Shown here piece by piece: positions 17,716-27,562 of a stretch of 38,426 bases of DNA; the first letter of the stretch is position 1, and each line of letters opens with the position of its first letter. The position numbers were made by a program, and so were the translations under genes. Below the pieces are notes generated by a model. It was not told where the DNA came from. It was given only the letters and a program-made list of their open reading frames with translations, and ran no database searches. Origin of the DNA: an uncultured Oscillospiraceae bacterium. Lineage in GTDB: Bacteria; Bacillota; Clostridia; Oscillospirales; Acutalibacteraceae. The stretch lies in NCBI GenBank assembly GCA_900550315.1, contig URRK01000001.1:1-38426 (forward strand). Direction: 5' to 3'.

Positions 17716-18755
17716 TATTTTTCCTCCTTTCCGTAAACGGCTTCCATAACCGATTTTTTCGCTTCGGCTGAAAGCTCGGCCGGCTCTTTTTTCGCCGGCT
17801 TTTCGGTTTTTTGCTGGGCGGCGTCGGCCCCTTCGGTCAGGCGTAAGAAAATTTGCTCCAGCGTTAGCGCGCGGGTGGTAATTTCAATCAGCGGCCACTT
17901 GCGGTCGCTCAGGCGGTTAAAAATATCCCGCCGAACATCAACCCCCGGCACCGGCTCTACTAAAAAGTCGAACGAGCCGGATTCCACCATGCCAAGCGGC
18001 GTAACCTGCTGCACACCCTTAATGGTGGTAATAAGTTTTTGCACCTCGCCCTGCGGCCCCTGTACCCGAACGGTTACCGCGTGGTCGGAGGAAAGGTTGT
18101 TCGAAAGGTTTTCGGCCGTGTCGTCGGCTACAATTACGCCGTTGTTAATAATTAAAATGCGTTTGCAAACGGCCTGTATTTCAGACAAAATGTGCGAGCT
18201 TAAAATAACCGTGTGGTGCTTGCCTAAGTTGGCAATTAGGGTTCTAATTTCAATAATCTGCTTCGGGTCTAAGCCAACGGTGGGCTCGTCTAAAATTAAA
18301 ACGTCCGGATTGCCAACCAGCGCCTGCGCAATGCCAACACGCTGCCGGTAGCCCTTAGAAAGGTTTTTAATTAACCGGTTTTCAACATTTTTAATGTTTA
18401 CTAAACGCTCAATTTCGTCTAAATGCGCTTTTTTGGGGAACTTAACGCTTTTTAAATCGTAAACAAAGCCTAAGTATTCCTTTACCGTCATATCCGGGTA
18501 AAGCGGCGGCTGCTCGGGCAGGTAGCCAATGCGCTTTTTTACCTGCTCCGGGTTATCCAAAACATCAAAGCCGTCTACCGTAACGCTGCCCTCGGTTAAC
18601 GAGAGGTAGCCGGTAAGAATGTTCATAATGGTTGATTTACCGGCGCCGTTCGGCCCCAAAAAACCAACAATTTCGCCCTGCGAAATGGCAAAGCTTACAT
18701 TCTTAACCGCGGTGTGACTTCCGTATTTTTTGGAAAGGTTTTGAACTTCTATCAT
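17715..18755 (-). CDS. ABC transporter ATP-binding protein (ABC-2/GldA-like)
   Basis: Walker A GPNGAGKST, signature LSKGYRQRVGIAQAL, Walker B LILDEPTVGLD. ATG at 18755 follows GGAGG (MIEVQNLSKKYG); the ORF-track start at 18821 was rejected. Confidence 0.93.
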   Translation of the reverse strand: MIEVQNLSKKYGSHTAVKNVSFAISQGEIVGFLGPNGAGKSTIMNILTGYLSLTEGSVTVDGFDVLDNPEQVKKRIGYLPEQPPLYPDMTVKEYLGFVYDLKSVKFPKKAHLDEIERLVNIKNVENRLIKNLSKGYRQRVGIAQALVGNPDVLILDEPTVGLDPKQIIEIRTLIANLGKHHTVILSSHILSEIQAVCKRILIINNGVIVADDTAENLSNNLSSDHAVTVRVQGPQGEVQKLITTIKGVQQVTPLGMVESGSFDFLVEPVPGVDVRRDIFNRLSDRKWPLIEITTRALTLEQIFLRLTEGADAAQQKTEKPAKKEPAELSAEAKKSVMEAVYGKEEK

Positions 18756-19168
18756 AACTGAAACCTCCAAGCTTGTGTTTTGCCGCACACCCTGTGCGGC
18801 CGCCCCGTAAGGCCGGGGCACAGTACCGGTAAATTGCCAAGCCCGCTGCTTTCGGCCGGCGTTTTAGCCGGGCGCCCAAAATGCAATAAAGCGTAAAGGC
18901 GTTAAGCTAAAAAGCCGTTTGCCCGTTTGGCGGGTTTGGCCGCGTGCGCTGCGGTTTGGTTGGCGGGGGCAAACCCCGTACGGGACCCAACTTTAAAAAA
19001 GCCTTAAAAGCCTTTGCCCAAAGCCCCGCAGTGCAGGGCCGCGCCAATTCAAAGTCAAAACGCACGGCAACACAGCCCCTTTGCGGCAAAGGGCTGCCGT
19101 AGTTCTTACATAGTACTGTAAAAAGTTTTAATTTTTGTAAATAATTTATTAAAATTATACACGCTACC

Positions 19169-19197
19169 AGTATACCACACTTATTTTACAAATGCAA
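19169..19197 (-). promoter_or_regulatory. Candidate promoter of the ABC-2 operon (TTGCAT-17-TATACT, TGn extended)
   Basis: Reverse complement reads TTGCAT ttgtaaaataagtgtgg TATACT. This implies a leader of about 400 nt. Confidence 0.5.
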
Positions 19198-19422
19198 TGT
19201 TTTGCCTTTGTAAAAAACGGTTTAAATAACCGGGCAAAACTGGGTAAAAAAATAAACCCCTGCAGGTAAAGGGGCAGTACTAAGGCTCTATGGGCAAAAA
19301 AAGCAGCGCCATGTTCGGTAGCAGCAAAGGGTTGGGCCAGCGGGTTAGGATTGCAGCGGCGGCGTTTGGTTTTAAAATAGAACAAAATAGCACAGGGGGC
19401 TAACGGCGGCAGCAAACCGCCC

Positions 19423-19458
19423 AAAAATTTAAAAGTCGGGCGCCGTTTGGCACCCGAC
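19423..19458 (-). terminator. Rho-independent terminator after rny
   Basis: Minus-strand GTCGGGTGCC-aaac-GGCGCCCGAC, followed by TTTTAAATTTTT. Confidence 0.75.
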
Positions 19459-19490
19459 CTTTGATTTTTGCTTGGCCAAGGCGTTCGGGC

Positions 19491-21041
19491 TTACTTTGCG
19501 TAATCCGAAGCGCGGCTTTCGCGAATAATGTTTACCTTAATTTGCCCCGGGTACTCCAGTTCTTTTTCGTACCGCTGCGCAATATCGTGCGCCATAATTA
19601 CCATCTGGTCGTCGGTAATCATTTCCGGCTTAACAATAATGCGAACCTCGCGGCCGGCCTGAATGGCGTAAGAGCTTTCTACCCCGCTAAAGGAATTGGC
19701 GATTTCCTCCAGCTTTTCAAGGCGTTTAATGTAATTTTCAATGTTTTCGCGCCGGGCGCCCGGGCGTGCCGCCGAAATGGCGTCGGCCGCCTGTACCAGG
19801 CAGGCAATTACCGTTTTGGCTTCTACATCGCCGTGGTGGGCGTGAATGGCGTGAACAACCGCTTCGCTTTCGTGGCATTTTTTAGCAACCTCAACGCCAA
19901 GCTGAATGTGCGAGCCCTCCTGCTCGTGGTCAATGGCTTTGCCAATGTCGTGCAGCAGGCCGGCGCGGCGGGCTAAGGTAACATCGGCGCCCAACTCGGC
20001 CGCCATAACCCCCGCCAGGTACGAAACCTCTAACGAGTGGTTTAAAACATTTTGCCCGTAGCTGGTGCGGTAATGCAGCCGCCCCAGTAAGCGAATCAGC
20101 TCGGGGTGCAGGCCGTGAATACCGGCGCTCAGCATGGCGCGCTCGCCCTCTTTTTTAATGGTGTGCTCAACCTCTGCGGTAGCCTTTGCAACCATCTCCT
20201 CAATGCGGGCGGGGTGAATACGGCCGTCTAAAATCAGCTTTTCCAGCGCAATGCGGGCAATTTCGCGGCGAACCGGGTCAAAGCTTGAAAGCGTAATGGC
20301 CTCGGGGGTGTCGTCAATAATTAAATCAACGCCCGTGGCGGTTTCCAGCGCGCGAATGTTGCGGCCCTCGCGGCCAATAATGCGGCCTTTCATTTCGTCG
20401 TTCGGTAATTCCACTACCGAAATGGTAGCCTCCGAGGAATGGTCGGCGGCGCAGCGCTGAATGGCTTGCGAAAGCAGCTCGCGCGCTTTTTCGTCGGTTT
20501 CCTCTTTAAAATGCTGCTCGTATTCCAAAATTTTCAGCGCTTTTTCGTGGCTCAGCTCGCTGTCTAACATGGAGAGCAGATGTTCTTTGGCCTGCTCGGC
20601 CGTAAAGCCCGAAATCTTTTCAAGGATCTCCATTTGGCCTTTTTTCAGTTTTTCAACCTCGGCCATACGGTCGTCAATTTCTTTGGCTTTTTTGTTAATT
20701 TTTTCTTCTTTTGCTTCTAAGTTGTCGGTTTTGCGGTCAAGATTTTCTTCCTTTTGCTGAATACGGTGTTCTTGACGCTGAATTTCACTGCGGCGCTCAC
20801 GCAGCTCCTTGTCGGCCTCCGAGCGTTGACGGTGAATTTCTTCTTTGGCTTCAATTAAAGCCTCTTTTTTACGCGCTTGGGCATTTTTCATGGCGTCGCT
20901 TAAAATGCGGCGCGCCTCGTCCTCAGCGGAGCCCACGGCGGTACGGTCTTTGTTTTTTTGCACGGCGCTGCCAATAAAAAAAGCAGCCACGGCAAGTATT
21001 ACAACGGTTACCCCGGTAATTGCGTAAAATAACGGACCCAA
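19491..21041 (-). CDS. rny: Ribonuclease Y
   Basis: N-terminal TM, coiled coil, KH ([15 protein letters not shown]) and HD (LLHDIGKA) domains. TTG at 21041 follows AAGGAGG at 9-nt spacing; the ORF-track start at 21140 was rejected. Confidence 0.93.
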   Translation of the reverse strand: MGPLFYAITGVTVVILAVAAFFIGSAVQKNKDRTAVGSAEDEARRILSDAMKNAQARKKEALIEAKEEIHRQRSEADKELRERRSEIQRQEHRIQQKEENLDRKTDNLEAKEEKINKKAKEIDDRMAEVEKLKKGQMEILEKISGFTAEQAKEHLLSMLDSELSHEKALKILEYEQHFKEETDEKARELLSQAIQRCAADHSSEATISVVELPNDEMKGRIIGREGRNIRALETATGVDLIIDDTPEAITLSSFDPVRREIARIALEKLILDGRIHPARIEEMVAKATAEVEHTIKKEGERAMLSAGIHGLHPELIRLLGRLHYRTSYGQNVLNHSLEVSYLAGVMAAELGADVTLARRAGLLHDIGKAIDHEQEGSHIQLGVEVAKKCHESEAVVHAIHAHHGDVEAKTVIACLVQAADAISAARPGARRENIENYIKRLEKLEEIANSFSGVESSYAIQAGREVRIIVKPEMITDDQMVIMAHDIAQRYEKELEYPGQIKVNIIRESRASDYAK

Positions 21042-21193
21042 TAGAAAGCACCTCCTTATATCATAAAGCACGAATTTAGGCCAAACGGCCAAAACGGGGC
21101 CGTGCATTGCACCCCGCGGTTTATATGATAACGCGCGCACAGCCCTTTGCCCGCCAAAGCAAAAAACTGCCCCACATTAAACATACTACCTCT

Positions 21194-21222
21194 ATTTTAT
21201 ACGAAATTGCCCCCTCTGTCAA
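21194..21222 (-). promoter_or_regulatory. Candidate rny promoter (TTGACA-17-TAAAAT)
   Basis: Reverse complement reads TTGACA gagggggcaatttcgta TAAAAT. Confidence 0.55.
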
Positions 21223-21509
21223 GGACAATTTGCGCCGGCGGCCCGCCCTAAAAATTGGCCGGCGACTAAAAAACAGCAAAAACAGGCAGCTTTTGCGGGG
21301 GCAAATTGGTTTTTAAATTGTTTTTAAAATATTCATTATTTTCCTGCCAAAAAGGGGTAAAATGGATTTATTATTTGTAATTTTATTTAGAACAATACAT
21401 TTTTAAAAGTTTGTTCCCGCGTTTTAAAGCGTTTGTTTGGCACTTTAAGGGCCGCCTTTTTCGGCGGCCGCGTAATTTTTACGCGTAATTTTTAAAAGGA
21501 GAATTTGGA

Positions 21510-24242
21510 ATGCTGCAAATTAAGCACATTAAAAAAGAGTATTGCACCGGCGATTTAACCCAAACCGCCCTGGCCGATGTTAGCATAAACCTGCGCGACA
21601 ACGAATTTGTTGCCATTTTAGGCCCCAGCGGCTCGGGCAAAACAACCCTGCTAAACATTATTGGCGGGTTAGACCGGTACGACAGCGGCGATTTAATTAT
21701 TAACGGTATTTCTACCAAAAAGTACAAAGACCGCGACTGGGACTCTTACCGCAACCACACCGTTGGCTTTGTGTTTCAAAGCTACAATTTAATTCCCCAC
21801 CAAAGCGTGCTGGCGAATGTAGAATTAGCGCTTACCATTTCGGGCGTAAAGCGGGCCGAGCGCCGCCGCCGCGCAACAGCAGCGCTGCAAAAGGTTGGCC
21901 TTGGCAACCAGCTGCACAAGCGCCCCAACCAAATGTCCGGCGGGCAAATGCAGCGGGTGGCTATTGCCCGCGCGCTGGTAAACAACCCCGATATTTTACT
22001 GGCCGACGAGCCAACCGGTGCGCTGGATACCGAAACCAGCCTGCAGGTTATGGAGCTTTTAAAAGAGGTAGCCAAAGACCGCCTGGTGGTAATGGTAACC
22101 CACAACCCCGAGCTGGCCACCCGTTACGCCAACCGCATTGTAAATTTAAAAGACGGCCAAATAACTAACGACAGCAACCCCTACGAGCTTTCGGCCGAGC
22201 TTACGCCCAAGCCGGTGCACCAAAACATGGGCCGCTCCTCTATGTCGGTTTTTACCGCGCTTTGGCTTTCGTTTAACAATTTGCGCACCAAGCTGGGGCG
22301 CACGCTGCTAACCTCCTTTGCCGGGTCTATTGGTATTATTGGCATTGCGCTTATCCTCTCGCTTTCTACCGGGGCCAACGCGTATATCGAAAACATTCAA
22401 AAAGATACCATGGCCTCCTACCCGCTTTCCATTCAAAGCACTTCTATGGATATGAGCAGCTTTTCCGGCATGGTAAAGCCCAACGCCGAAAAAACCGCCA
22501 ACCACGAACTGGACGCCGTATACGCCGACAATTCCAATATAGAAAACGCCTCGGGTATGCTAACCAGCTTTAAGCAAAACAATTTAAAAGATTTTAAAAA
22601 GTATTTAGATGACCCGAACAGCGAAATTCACCAATATGTTGGCGAAAACGGCATCACCTACTCCTACGCCGTTTCGTTTGATGTTTACACGCACGACCCC
22701 GAGGGTAAGCTGATTAATACCGACGGCTCTACCGTTTCTAAGGCTACGGGGCAAATTAGTGTGGCCAACATGGGCGAAATGAGCAACCAGCAAAGCAACA
22801 TGAGCCGGCTTATGGGCGCGCCGGATAATTTTACCGAGCTGATTCCCGGCACCGGCAATAGCCCGGTAAGTAATGTAATTACCGAAAATTACAGCGTGCT
22901 TTACGGCAGCTGGCCAAAAAAGTATAACGAAATTGTGCTGGTAGTAGACCATAATAACGAGATCCGCACCGAAACGCTTTACAGCCTGGGCCTGCTGCCC
23001 TACACCGAGTATGAAAATATTGTTAAAAAAATTAACGCGGGCGAAAAGGTTACTCTAAGTGCCAAAAAGTTTACCTACGCCGATATTTGCAGCAAAAGCT
23101 TTAAGCTGCTGCCGGCCTGCGACCTTTACGAAAAGCAGGAAAACGGCAATTACACTTTAGTATCCGGCGACGAAGCTAAGCTGGAAAAGCTAATGAACAG
23201 CGCGGTGGAGCTAAAGGTTTGCGGCGTGGTGCGCAGTAAGGATGATTCCTCGAACGTTTCCATCTCCTCCCCCATTGCGTACACCAGCCAGCTTACCGAT
23301 TATTTAATTGAGCATACCGACGCCAGCGCGGTGGTAAAGGCGCAAAAGCAAAACCCCGCGGTAAATGTGCAAAACGGCATGACTTTTGCCCCGAAAAACA
23401 ACAGCGAAAAAATTAGCGATACCAAAAAGTATTTAACCAACCTTGGCGTTAGCGAAAAAGCCCGCCTTTGCCGCAGCATGATGCAAACCGTTTACGCCGG
23501 GCAGCCGCAAATGTTGCAGGGGCTGGAAGGCATGAGCGAAACGCAGCTGGCCGCCCTGCTGGAAAATTATTTACAAAACCCCTCCGACGAGGTGCTGCTG
23601 AACATTTACAAAACCCAAATTTCTACCGGCAGCTACGAGGAAAATTTAAAGGCCTTTGGCGTGGTAAATAAAAACACCCCCTCGGCCATTAACATTTACG
23701 CCGACAGCTTTGAGGCGAAAGACCAAATTGCCGAATGTATTAGCGCTTACAATAATACCAAAGCCGAAAAGGACCAAATTGTTTACACCGATTATGTTAA
23801 GCTTTTAATGTCCTCCTTTACCACAGTCATTAATGTGGTGTCTTATGTGCTTATTGCGTTTGTGGCCGTTTCGCTGGTGGTTTCCTCTATTATGATTGGC
23901 ATTATTACCTACATTTCGGTGCTGGAGCGCACCAAGGAGATTGGCATTTTGCGGGCCATTGGCGCCTCGAAGCAAAATGTTTCGCAGGTGTTTAACGCCG
24001 AAACCTTTATTATTGGCCTTTGCGCCGGCCTAATTGGTATAGGCGTTTCGCTTTTGTTGCTGCTGCCGGGTAACGCCGTAATTCACGCCTTAACCGGCTC
24101 TACCAGCATTAACGCCATTTTGCCGGTGGGCGGCGCCGCGGTTTTGGTGCTGCTTAGCATGCTGCTAACGCTAATTGGCGGCCTTATTCCGGCTAAAAAG
24201 GCCGCCCGGCAAGACCCCGTAGCCGCTTTAAGGTCGGAATAA
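21510..24242 (+). CDS. Fused ABC transporter: MacB/LolD-type ATPase, TM, about 480-aa extracytoplasmic domain and C-terminal FtsX-type permease
   Basis: [33 protein letters not shown] and [11 protein letters not shown] motifs. C-terminal FtsX-like helices with [23 protein letters not shown]. Confidence 0.93.
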   Translation: MLQIKHIKKEYCTGDLTQTALADVSINLRDNEFVAILGPSGSGKTTLLNIIGGLDRYDSGDLIINGISTKKYKDRDWDSYRNHTVGFVFQSYNLIPHQSVLANVELALTISGVKRAERRRRATAALQKVGLGNQLHKRPNQMSGGQMQRVAIARALVNNPDILLADEPTGALDTETSLQVMELLKEVAKDRLVVMVTHNPELATRYANRIVNLKDGQITNDSNPYELSAELTPKPVHQNMGRSSMSVFTALWLSFNNLRTKLGRTLLTSFAGSIGIIGIALILSLSTGANAYIENIQKDTMASYPLSIQSTSMDMSSFSGMVKPNAEKTANHELDAVYADNSNIENASGMLTSFKQNNLKDFKKYLDDPNSEIHQYVGENGITYSYAVSFDVYTHDPEGKLINTDGSTVSKATGQISVANMGEMSNQQSNMSRLMGAPDNFTELIPGTGNSPVSNVITENYSVLYGSWPKKYNEIVLVVDHNNEIRTETLYSLGLLPYTEYENIVKKINAGEKVTLSAKKFTYADICSKSFKLLPACDLYEKQENGNYTLVSGDEAKLEKLMNSAVELKVCGVVRSKDDSSNVSISSPIAYTSQLTDYLIEHTDASAVVKAQKQNPAVNVQNGMTFAPKNNSEKISDTKKYLTNLGVSEKARLCRSMMQTVYAGQPQMLQGLEGMSETQLAALLENYLQNPSDEVLLNIYKTQISTGSYEENLKAFGVVNKNTPSAINIYADSFEAKDQIAECISAYNNTKAEKDQIVYTDYVKLLMSSFTTVINVVSYVLIAFVAVSLVVSSIMIGIITYISVLERTKEIGILRAIGASKQNVSQVFNAETFIIGLCAGLIGIGVSLLLLLPGNAVIHALTGSTSINAILPVGGAAVLVLLSMLLTLIGGLIPAKKAARQDPVAALRSE

Positions 24243-24324
24243 TAGGAAACATTAAAATTTTAAGCCCGTTTTAAATTCGGGGTTTAAATCCCGGTTTAAC
24301 CCTGTTTTTTAACGCTTAAAGCCC

Positions 24325-24365
24325 AAAAAGCCCGCCGTACCAACACGGCGGGCTTAATTTTTTAA
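24325..24365. terminator. Bidirectional terminator between the ABC gene and mscL
   Basis: AAGCCCGCCGT-accaac-ACGGCGGGCTT stem (24328-24355), flanked by an A-run upstream and a T-run downstream. Confidence 0.8.
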
Positions 24366-24378
24366 ATTTAACCTTGTT

Positions 24379-24828
24379 TTATTCTTTATTTTGCTGCAAA
24401 AGGGTACGAATATCCTTTAAAACATCCTCGGCGGTTTCTTTCGGCTTGTCCTCCGGCTCGGGCTCCGGCTTTTTGCCGGCCAGCTCCTCGAACTTTTTGT
24501 GCAGCGTCATTACCGCGCGCAGCGCCGCAAAAACCGAAAAAGCAATAATTAAAAACTCTAACACAACCTGAATAAAATTGCCGTAGGTTAAGGCCGATTC
24601 CTCCCGCAGCAGCTTGCCGGCCGCGTCGTACTGGGCGGGCGAAATCAGCCACTTCCAGTCGGTTACATTAATGCCGCCCAGCAAAATGCCAACCAGCGGC
24701 ATAATAATATCGGCCACCAGGCTGTTCACAATTTTAGAAAAAGCGGTACCAATAACAACGCCAACCGCCATGTCTAATACATTCCCCTTGGTAATAAAGG
24801 CTTTAAAATCTTTAAAAAACTGTTTCAT
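24379..24828 (-). CDS. mscL: Large-conductance mechanosensitive channel
   Basis: MKQFFKDFKAFITKGNVLDMAVGVVIGTAFSKIVNSLVADIIMP is the canonical MscL N-terminus. ATG at 24828 follows GGAGGAG. Confidence 0.93.
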   Translation of the reverse strand: MKQFFKDFKAFITKGNVLDMAVGVVIGTAFSKIVNSLVADIIMPLVGILLGGINVTDWKWLISPAQYDAAGKLLREESALTYGNFIQVVLEFLIIAFSVFAALRAVMTLHKKFEELAGKKPEPEPEDKPKETAEDVLKDIRTLLQQNKE

Positions 24829-25033
24829 TTTAATGTTGCTCCTCCGCAATACCCGCACAAAGGCCCCGTGCGGCTTTGCCTATTTTTATTCCTGCGCCAA
24901 ATGGTTTATTTTTGTACGGTCGCGCTCGTTTTGCGCTGCTGCGCTTGTCCTGTGCTGCTGCGCTTATTCTGCGCTGTTGTACTCGTCCTGCGCTTGTTCC
25001 CGTGCTAAAGCGCCAATTTTTGTACGGCGGTGC

Positions 25034-26158
25034 TTATTCCCGTGCGTTTTGCACGCGGTAGTTGCCCAAAAAGGCAAAATCGCGCACCTCGTCGGCCAGG
25101 GTCTGCAGCAGCTGCGCCGTGTCGCGGTTTTTCAGGCAGCCGTCAAAATCAAGGTAAAATTGGGTTTCAAAATCGCCGCCCTTGCCCGCGGCCGATTCCA
25201 GCTTGGTTAGGTTTAACCCGTGCAGCGCAAAGCGGGTTAAAATTTTTTGCAGCGCGCCCGGCGTGTGCGGCGTAGCAAACGAAAGGCTAATTTTGTTGCT
25301 GCCCGGCTCAAACACCGGCCGGTTGCTTAACACGGCAAAGCGGGTGCAGTTGTTTTGGTAATCCTGAATGGCGGGGGCCAAAATGTTAAGCCCGTATTCG
25401 TCCGCGCAGTAGGCCGAGCCAATGGCGGCAACGCTGCCGTCGGCCGAATGGGCAACCAGCTTGGCCGCCTCGGCCGTGTTTTGGTACTCTACCGCCTTTA
25501 GCCCGTGCGCGCGTATAAATCCGTTGCACTGCGAAAGCGCCTGCGGGTGCGAGTACACGGTTTTTACGGCCGAAAGCGCCGTGCCCGGCTTGGCCAGCAG
25601 GTTGTGCTGCACCGCCATGTTTACCGAGCCTACAATGTAGCTTTTGTACTGCAGCAAAAGGTCGTAAACCTCGCGCACGCTGCCGGCGGTAGAATTTTCT
25701 ACCGGCACAATGCCAAAGGCGCACCGGCCGGAATGAACCGCCTCAAACACGGCGGCAAAGCGGCCAAAAAAAACCGGCTGCACACCGGGGTAGGCCGCCC
25801 GCAGCGCCAGGTGCGTAAAGGCGCCGTCGGTGCCGTAGCAGGCAACGCTGCCGTTTACCTGCAGCGCCTGCTCGCGGTATTCGGGCAGCGGCCGCCCGGC
25901 GTTTAACCGGGTGCTTTGCAGCTCACGGCTGCAGGCCATAATAAAGGCGTAAATTTCGGCTAAATAGCTGCCGTATTCCCCGCCCTCGGCGCGTACCTTT
26001 TGCAAAATTTCCTGCTCGCGGCCCGGGTGGTACAGCGGCAAATTTTGCGCCTTTTTAACCTCGGCAACAGCCAGCGAGCACTTCATGCGCTCCACCAATA
26101 AACGGGTCAGCTCTGCGTCGCAGGCGTCAATTTGTTTTCGAATATCTTTTAGTTCCAT
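25034..26158 (-). CDS. pheA: Bifunctional chorismate mutase / prephenate dehydratase (CM-PDT-ACT)
   Basis: N-terminal CM helix (LKDIRKQIDACDAELTRLLVERM), PDT core with the TRF motif (NCTRFAVL), and a C-terminal ACT-like domain. ATG at 26158 follows AAGGTG. Confidence 0.88.
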   Translation of the reverse strand: MELKDIRKQIDACDAELTRLLVERMKCSLAVAEVKKAQNLPLYHPGREQEILQKVRAEGGEYGSYLAEIYAFIMACSRELQSTRLNAGRPLPEYREQALQVNGSVACYGTDGAFTHLALRAAYPGVQPVFFGRFAAVFEAVHSGRCAFGIVPVENSTAGSVREVYDLLLQYKSYIVGSVNMAVQHNLLAKPGTALSAVKTVYSHPQALSQCNGFIRAHGLKAVEYQNTAEAAKLVAHSADGSVAAIGSAYCADEYGLNILAPAIQDYQNNCTRFAVLSNRPVFEPGSNKISLSFATPHTPGALQKILTRFALHGLNLTKLESAAGKGGDFETQFYLDFDGCLKNRDTAQLLQTLADEVRDFAFLGNYRVQNARE

Positions 26159-26482
26159 TGTTTTTAGCACCTTTTTTGCAACGCCGCAGCTTTTGCGGGC
26201 TTAGCGGATTTGGCTTTGTGGGTTTTGGTTGTTATACCGCGTTGTTTTTAAAAAGTTTATTTTAAAGGCTTAAAAAATTTTATGTTTTTAAGCTGGTATT
26301 TTTAAGGCGCGCGGGGTTTTGTTTCGCCCGTTTGGGTTGGTCGGGGTTAGCCCCGGCTTAACCAAAGCGCACATACAAGCGCCAATTGAAAGAAGCATTT
26401 AGCTGTAACCCCCGCAAAAAGCCTTTGTAACCGGTTAAACCGGCAAGGCTAACCCTAAATTAAGGCTGTTAAACGGCGCCCC

Positions 26483-27562
26483 TTAACGCCAAACAAGGTC
26501 GGCAACGGCCAAGGTCAATGCGGCCTCCAGCGCCGGCAATGCCCGCGGCACAATGCAGGGGTCGTGCCTGCCGCGAATTTTAAGCTCGGCGTTCTTTTTT
26601 TCTAACAGGTCTACCGTTTGCTGCGCCTTAGAAATTGAGGGGGTGGGCTTTAGCGCAACGGTAATCAGCAGCGGCGCCCCGTTGCTAATGCCGCCGGTAA
26701 TGCCCCCGCAAAAGTTGGTGCGGCAACAAACTTCGCCGTTTTCGTTATAATACATACTGTCGTTAACCTCGCTGCCCCTGGCGCCGGCAAAGCCAAACCC
26801 GGCGCCAAAAGCAACGGCCTTAACGGCCGGCACGCCAAACAATGCCTGACTAATACGGTTTTCCAGCCCGTTAAACATGGGGTCGCCCAGCCCGGCCGGC
26901 AGCCCTGCTACCGCCAGCTCTACCGCGCCGCCAACACTGTCCTGCGCGGCGGCCGCTGCTTTAATTTCGGCCCGCATTTTTGGCTGTATCCGGGGGTTTA
27001 TTACCGAAAAATATTCGCTCGAAAGCTTTTTCAACTGCTCAATGTTAACGGCGGTGGGGTTAAACAGGTCGTCCTTTACGCTGCCAATTTGGCTAACGTG
27101 CCCGCCAATAAAAATGCCCTGTTTTTCTAACGCGGGGCGCAGAACAGAGGCTGCCGCAACCAGCGGCGCTGTTAACCGGCCCGAAAAATGCCCCCCGCCG
27201 GCAACATCCTGAAAGCCGCCGTACCGCACGCTTGCGGCGTAATCGGCGTGGGAGGGGCGGGGAAACCGGCGAAGATCTTCGTAATCCTGCGAGCGTACAT
27301 TGGTGTTTTTAATAATCAGCGTTAGCGGCGCGCCGGTTGTTTTGCCTTCCAGTATTCCCGAAAGAAATTGCGGTATATCCTGTTCCCTGCGCGGCGTGGC
27401 GCTGGAATCCTGCCCCGGGGCGCGGCGGTGTATTTGGGTTAGCACATATTGCCGATCCAACAAAATGCCGGGGGGCGGGGAATCTATTACCGCACCAATG
27501 GCCGGGCCGTGGCTTTCGCCGAAAATGGTAACGCGAAGGTTAGTTCCAAAGGTTGAGGACAT
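26483..27562 (-). CDS. aroC: Chorismate synthase
   Basis: RVTIFGESHG, RPSHADY and GRHDPCIVPRA motifs. RBS AGGAGGG. 23-nt overlap with the aroA end. Confidence 0.95.
   Translation of the reverse strand: MSSTFGTNLRVTIFGESHGPAIGAVIDSPPPGILLDRQYVLTQIHRRAPGQDSSATPRREQDIPQFLSGILEGKTTGAPLTLIIKNTNVRSQDYEDLRRFPRPSHADYAASVRYGGFQDVAGGGHFSGRLTAPLVAAASVLRPALEKQGIFIGGHVSQIGSVKDDLFNPTAVNIEQLKKLSSEYFSVINPRIQPKMRAEIKAAAAAQDSVGGAVELAVAGLPAGLGDPMFNGLENRISQALFGVPAVKAVAFGAGFGFAGARGSEVNDSMYYNENGEVCCRTNFCGGITGGISNGAPLLITVALKPTPSISKAQQTVDLLEKKNAELKIRGRHDPCIVPRALPALEAALTLAVADLVWR

Noticed and set aside
17715-18821. Longer N-terminal extensions given by the ORF track for several genes (also 19491-21140, 24379-24858, 25034-26170, 29053-30186, 32628-33497, 33586-34941, 37343-37810, 780-1004, 13271-15193)
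   Set aside because: In each case an internal ATG or TTG with a properly spaced AGGAGG-like SD coincides with the expected family N-terminus. The upstream extension is unconserved-looking or overlaps the neighbouring gene.
18907-19424. 60-aa and 86-aa minus-strand ORFs in the rny/ABC spacer
   Set aside because: They have no SD and Arg/Pro/Gly-rich or hydrophobic nonsense products. They overlap predicted hairpins, terminators and the promoter. I treat the region as leader and intergenic sequence.
19461-19976. 171-aa ORF antisense to rny
   Set aside because: rny has clear KH and HD motifs on the other strand. The antisense ORF has no SD and an odd composition.
26171-26482. T-box or other riboswitch in the aroC-pheA spacer and in the aro operon leader (32213-32312)
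   Set aside because: I looked for the T-box core (GGGTGGTACCGCG) and for common riboswitch cores on the minus strand and found none. An Infernal scan is still needed.
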